A stretch of DNA of 62,722 nucleotides, filler included, from Sphacelaria rigidula (Eukaryota): NCBI GenBank assembly GCA_964200075.2. It is 7 parts of 7 records of this genome, joined end to end, with 100 filler letters (N's around TTAATTAATTAA, not from the genome) between each part and the next. Parts side by side here need not be neighbours in the genome. Positions count along the whole stretch, not along the records: positions 53,849 to 62,722 come from CAXNAA020009873.1; 6 more parts are not named here. One strand, written 5' to 3'. The notes beneath the pieces are model-generated. The model was not told the DNA's origin. It saw only the letters and a list, made by a program, of their open reading frames with translations, and did no database searches. Positions 61,241 through 62,722 of this stretch are shown in pieces. The first letter of the stretch is position 1, and each line of letters starts with the position of its first letter. The translations under genes and the position numbers were made by a program.

Positions 61241-62376
61241 ATGGCGGAGGCTGGGTCGCCTTCTCCGGCCCGCGCTCCGGCCGCGGCGACAGCGGCAGCG
61301 GCGTCGATCGGGACGGCGGCGGGCAATGCCGAGGACGACATAGCCGTGATGAACAGCACAGAAAATGCAGGACCAACCACGCTGTCCAGGGCACAATTCC
61401 TAGAGAAGGTGACACGACGCATATGAGTCACTTGTTTATTTATGTCCCAAGCAATAGCTTCAAGATAAATGGCTGAACGTTGTTTTAAGTTGAATCTTAT
61501 CTCTCGCGTCAAAACAATTCCTGCAACGTTGTCCAGGTCCAAACTATGACGTTAGAGGAGCTTAAAACGGAGATGGAAAAGATGGTGTATCAACCAGGGG
61601 GAGACGAAAACATAGACGAGGAAGTGTTTATGATGATTCAGCTGGGGATCACACGCAAGGTGACGGATCTACGCGACCAACTTCTTAACCCACGTAGCAC
61701 AGAATCGACGACGCAGCAGGAAATACTTGCCCAAGGGAGCACAAAATCGACAACGCAGCAGGAAAGACTCATCTCCGGCTTGCTGTCTCTGATAAACACC
61801 AAGGCTGGTGTTATGGGCTGGGTTCCATCCACGTACCATGACGAGGTTGTTGTCGTCGTGTACGTCCCAATTGTCTCACACGTGTTTGAAAGCCAAAAAG
61901 CTGAAAAGTTTGCAAGCGAAGAGGAAGTTCGAGAGTTTTTCGGCAAAGGCTCTTCAAGCTCACCCTATGAACGTTTGGAGGAAGTATGAGTGGACTTCAC
62001 GTCGCAAGATTTCCAGCAAATGATGCTTATGACGCCTTTCCGATCAAAATCTAAGGAGCAGGAAAATCGGAAGATTTTTTTCGTGGCTACAGCTGAGAGT
62101 TGGAAACATGTGTTCGAAAAGGCGGACCCGACGATCCTGGAAATGGTTGACGTTCCGGAGAGGTGGTGGCAGTCGTATGCGTTGACGAGTCCAAAAACGA
62201 AAATAGTCGAGCTCGGGTGGAAGAGGCTTTCAGCCGACGTGCGTGATAAAATTCCGATATGGGGGAGGGAGTGGGATTCAGCCCGATTTTCAAATGCGTT
62301 TTTGGAGTTTTTTGAAATTTCGTGGGAAAAAGTGGGGAAGGTCCATGTTGTACACTCGACTATCGTTGACGGATGA
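61241..62376 (+). pseudogene. Two-exon hypothetical gene (61241-61408 + 61537-62376) with one in-frame TGA at 61987
   Basis: Phase-0 intron 61409-61536 (GTGAC...TCCAG) joins ...AQFLEK|VQTMTLEELK.... ORFs 61546-61989 and 61990-62376 are contiguous in one frame. Confidence 0.65.
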
Positions 62377-62454
62377 TGCCTATAGGAGTTTTTGTTCACG
62401 CTGAGATTGGGTTTCGGTTGTGTGCTTTGACGCTTGAGTTGTAGAGCATCTGAG

Positions 62455-62722
62455 AAATTCCTGTTCTTTGCTTTGTCGCCTAAGTTGTGAAGCATCTGGA
62501 TGTTGACGCTGTCTTCTCCTGGTGTTGCCATTTCAGCTCTGGCGTCGTTGCCAAGAGTCGTACTCGGGGGATTCCTGTTCTTTGCAATGTCGCCTGAGTT
62601 GTGGAGCATCTGGATTGACGTCCTGGTGTTGCCATTTGAGCTCTGGCGTCGTTGCCAAGAGTCGTACTCGGGAGATTCCTGTTCTTTGCATTGTCGCCTG
62701 AGTTGTGGAGCACCTGGATTGA
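62455..62722. repeat. Tandem repeat, units of 114 and 104 bp, running off the contig end
   Basis: ctgttctttgc..tgtcgcct.agttgtg.agca.ctggat starts at 62461, 62575 and 62679. Confidence 0.9.

Noticed and set aside
60916-61542. 208-aa minus-strand ORF
   Set aside because: Non-ATG start, antisense to the GC-rich first exon of the plus-strand gene, and no protein-like features.

Overview
Eukaryotic genomic DNA, most likely a brown alga (Phaeophyceae; inferred from short exons in kb-sized introns, the repeat families, TTAGGG repeats and frequent G/C homopolymers). The window is not contiguous. It is seven contigs of near-identical length (8875, 8875, 8875, 8875, 8874, 8874, 8874 bp) joined by artificial 100-bp linkers (44N-TTAATTAATTAA-44N). 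Contig 1 (1-8875): five internal exons of a bubblegum-type long-chain acyl-CoA synthetase, plus intronic MITEs. Contig 2 (8976-17850): three exons of an unknown host gene, a tRNA-derived SINE and LINE 3' fragments. Contig 3 (17951-26825): a ~4 kb decayed APE+RT LINE. Contig 4 (26926-35800): an internally deleted pogo-like element with telomeric repeats at the junction, MITEs and an RTE-like LINE fragment. Contig 5 (35901-44774): a long decayed minus-strand gene with unusually short introns and a possible 2OG-Fe(II)/DSBH motif. Contig 6 (44875-53748): a pogo transposase relic, nested MITEs and an 860-bp foldback whose inner stem favours G-U pairs. Contig 7 (53849-62722): a gene-dense, virus-like (NCLDV-type) segment with a 2.7 kb intronless gene and three tandem-repeat arrays. 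The most notable signals are non-LTR elements that end in GAGTAC plus a C-tract and sit inside C-tracts, the virus-like contig, the foldback and the short-intron orphan gene. All family assignments come from motif reading and recall; no searches were run.
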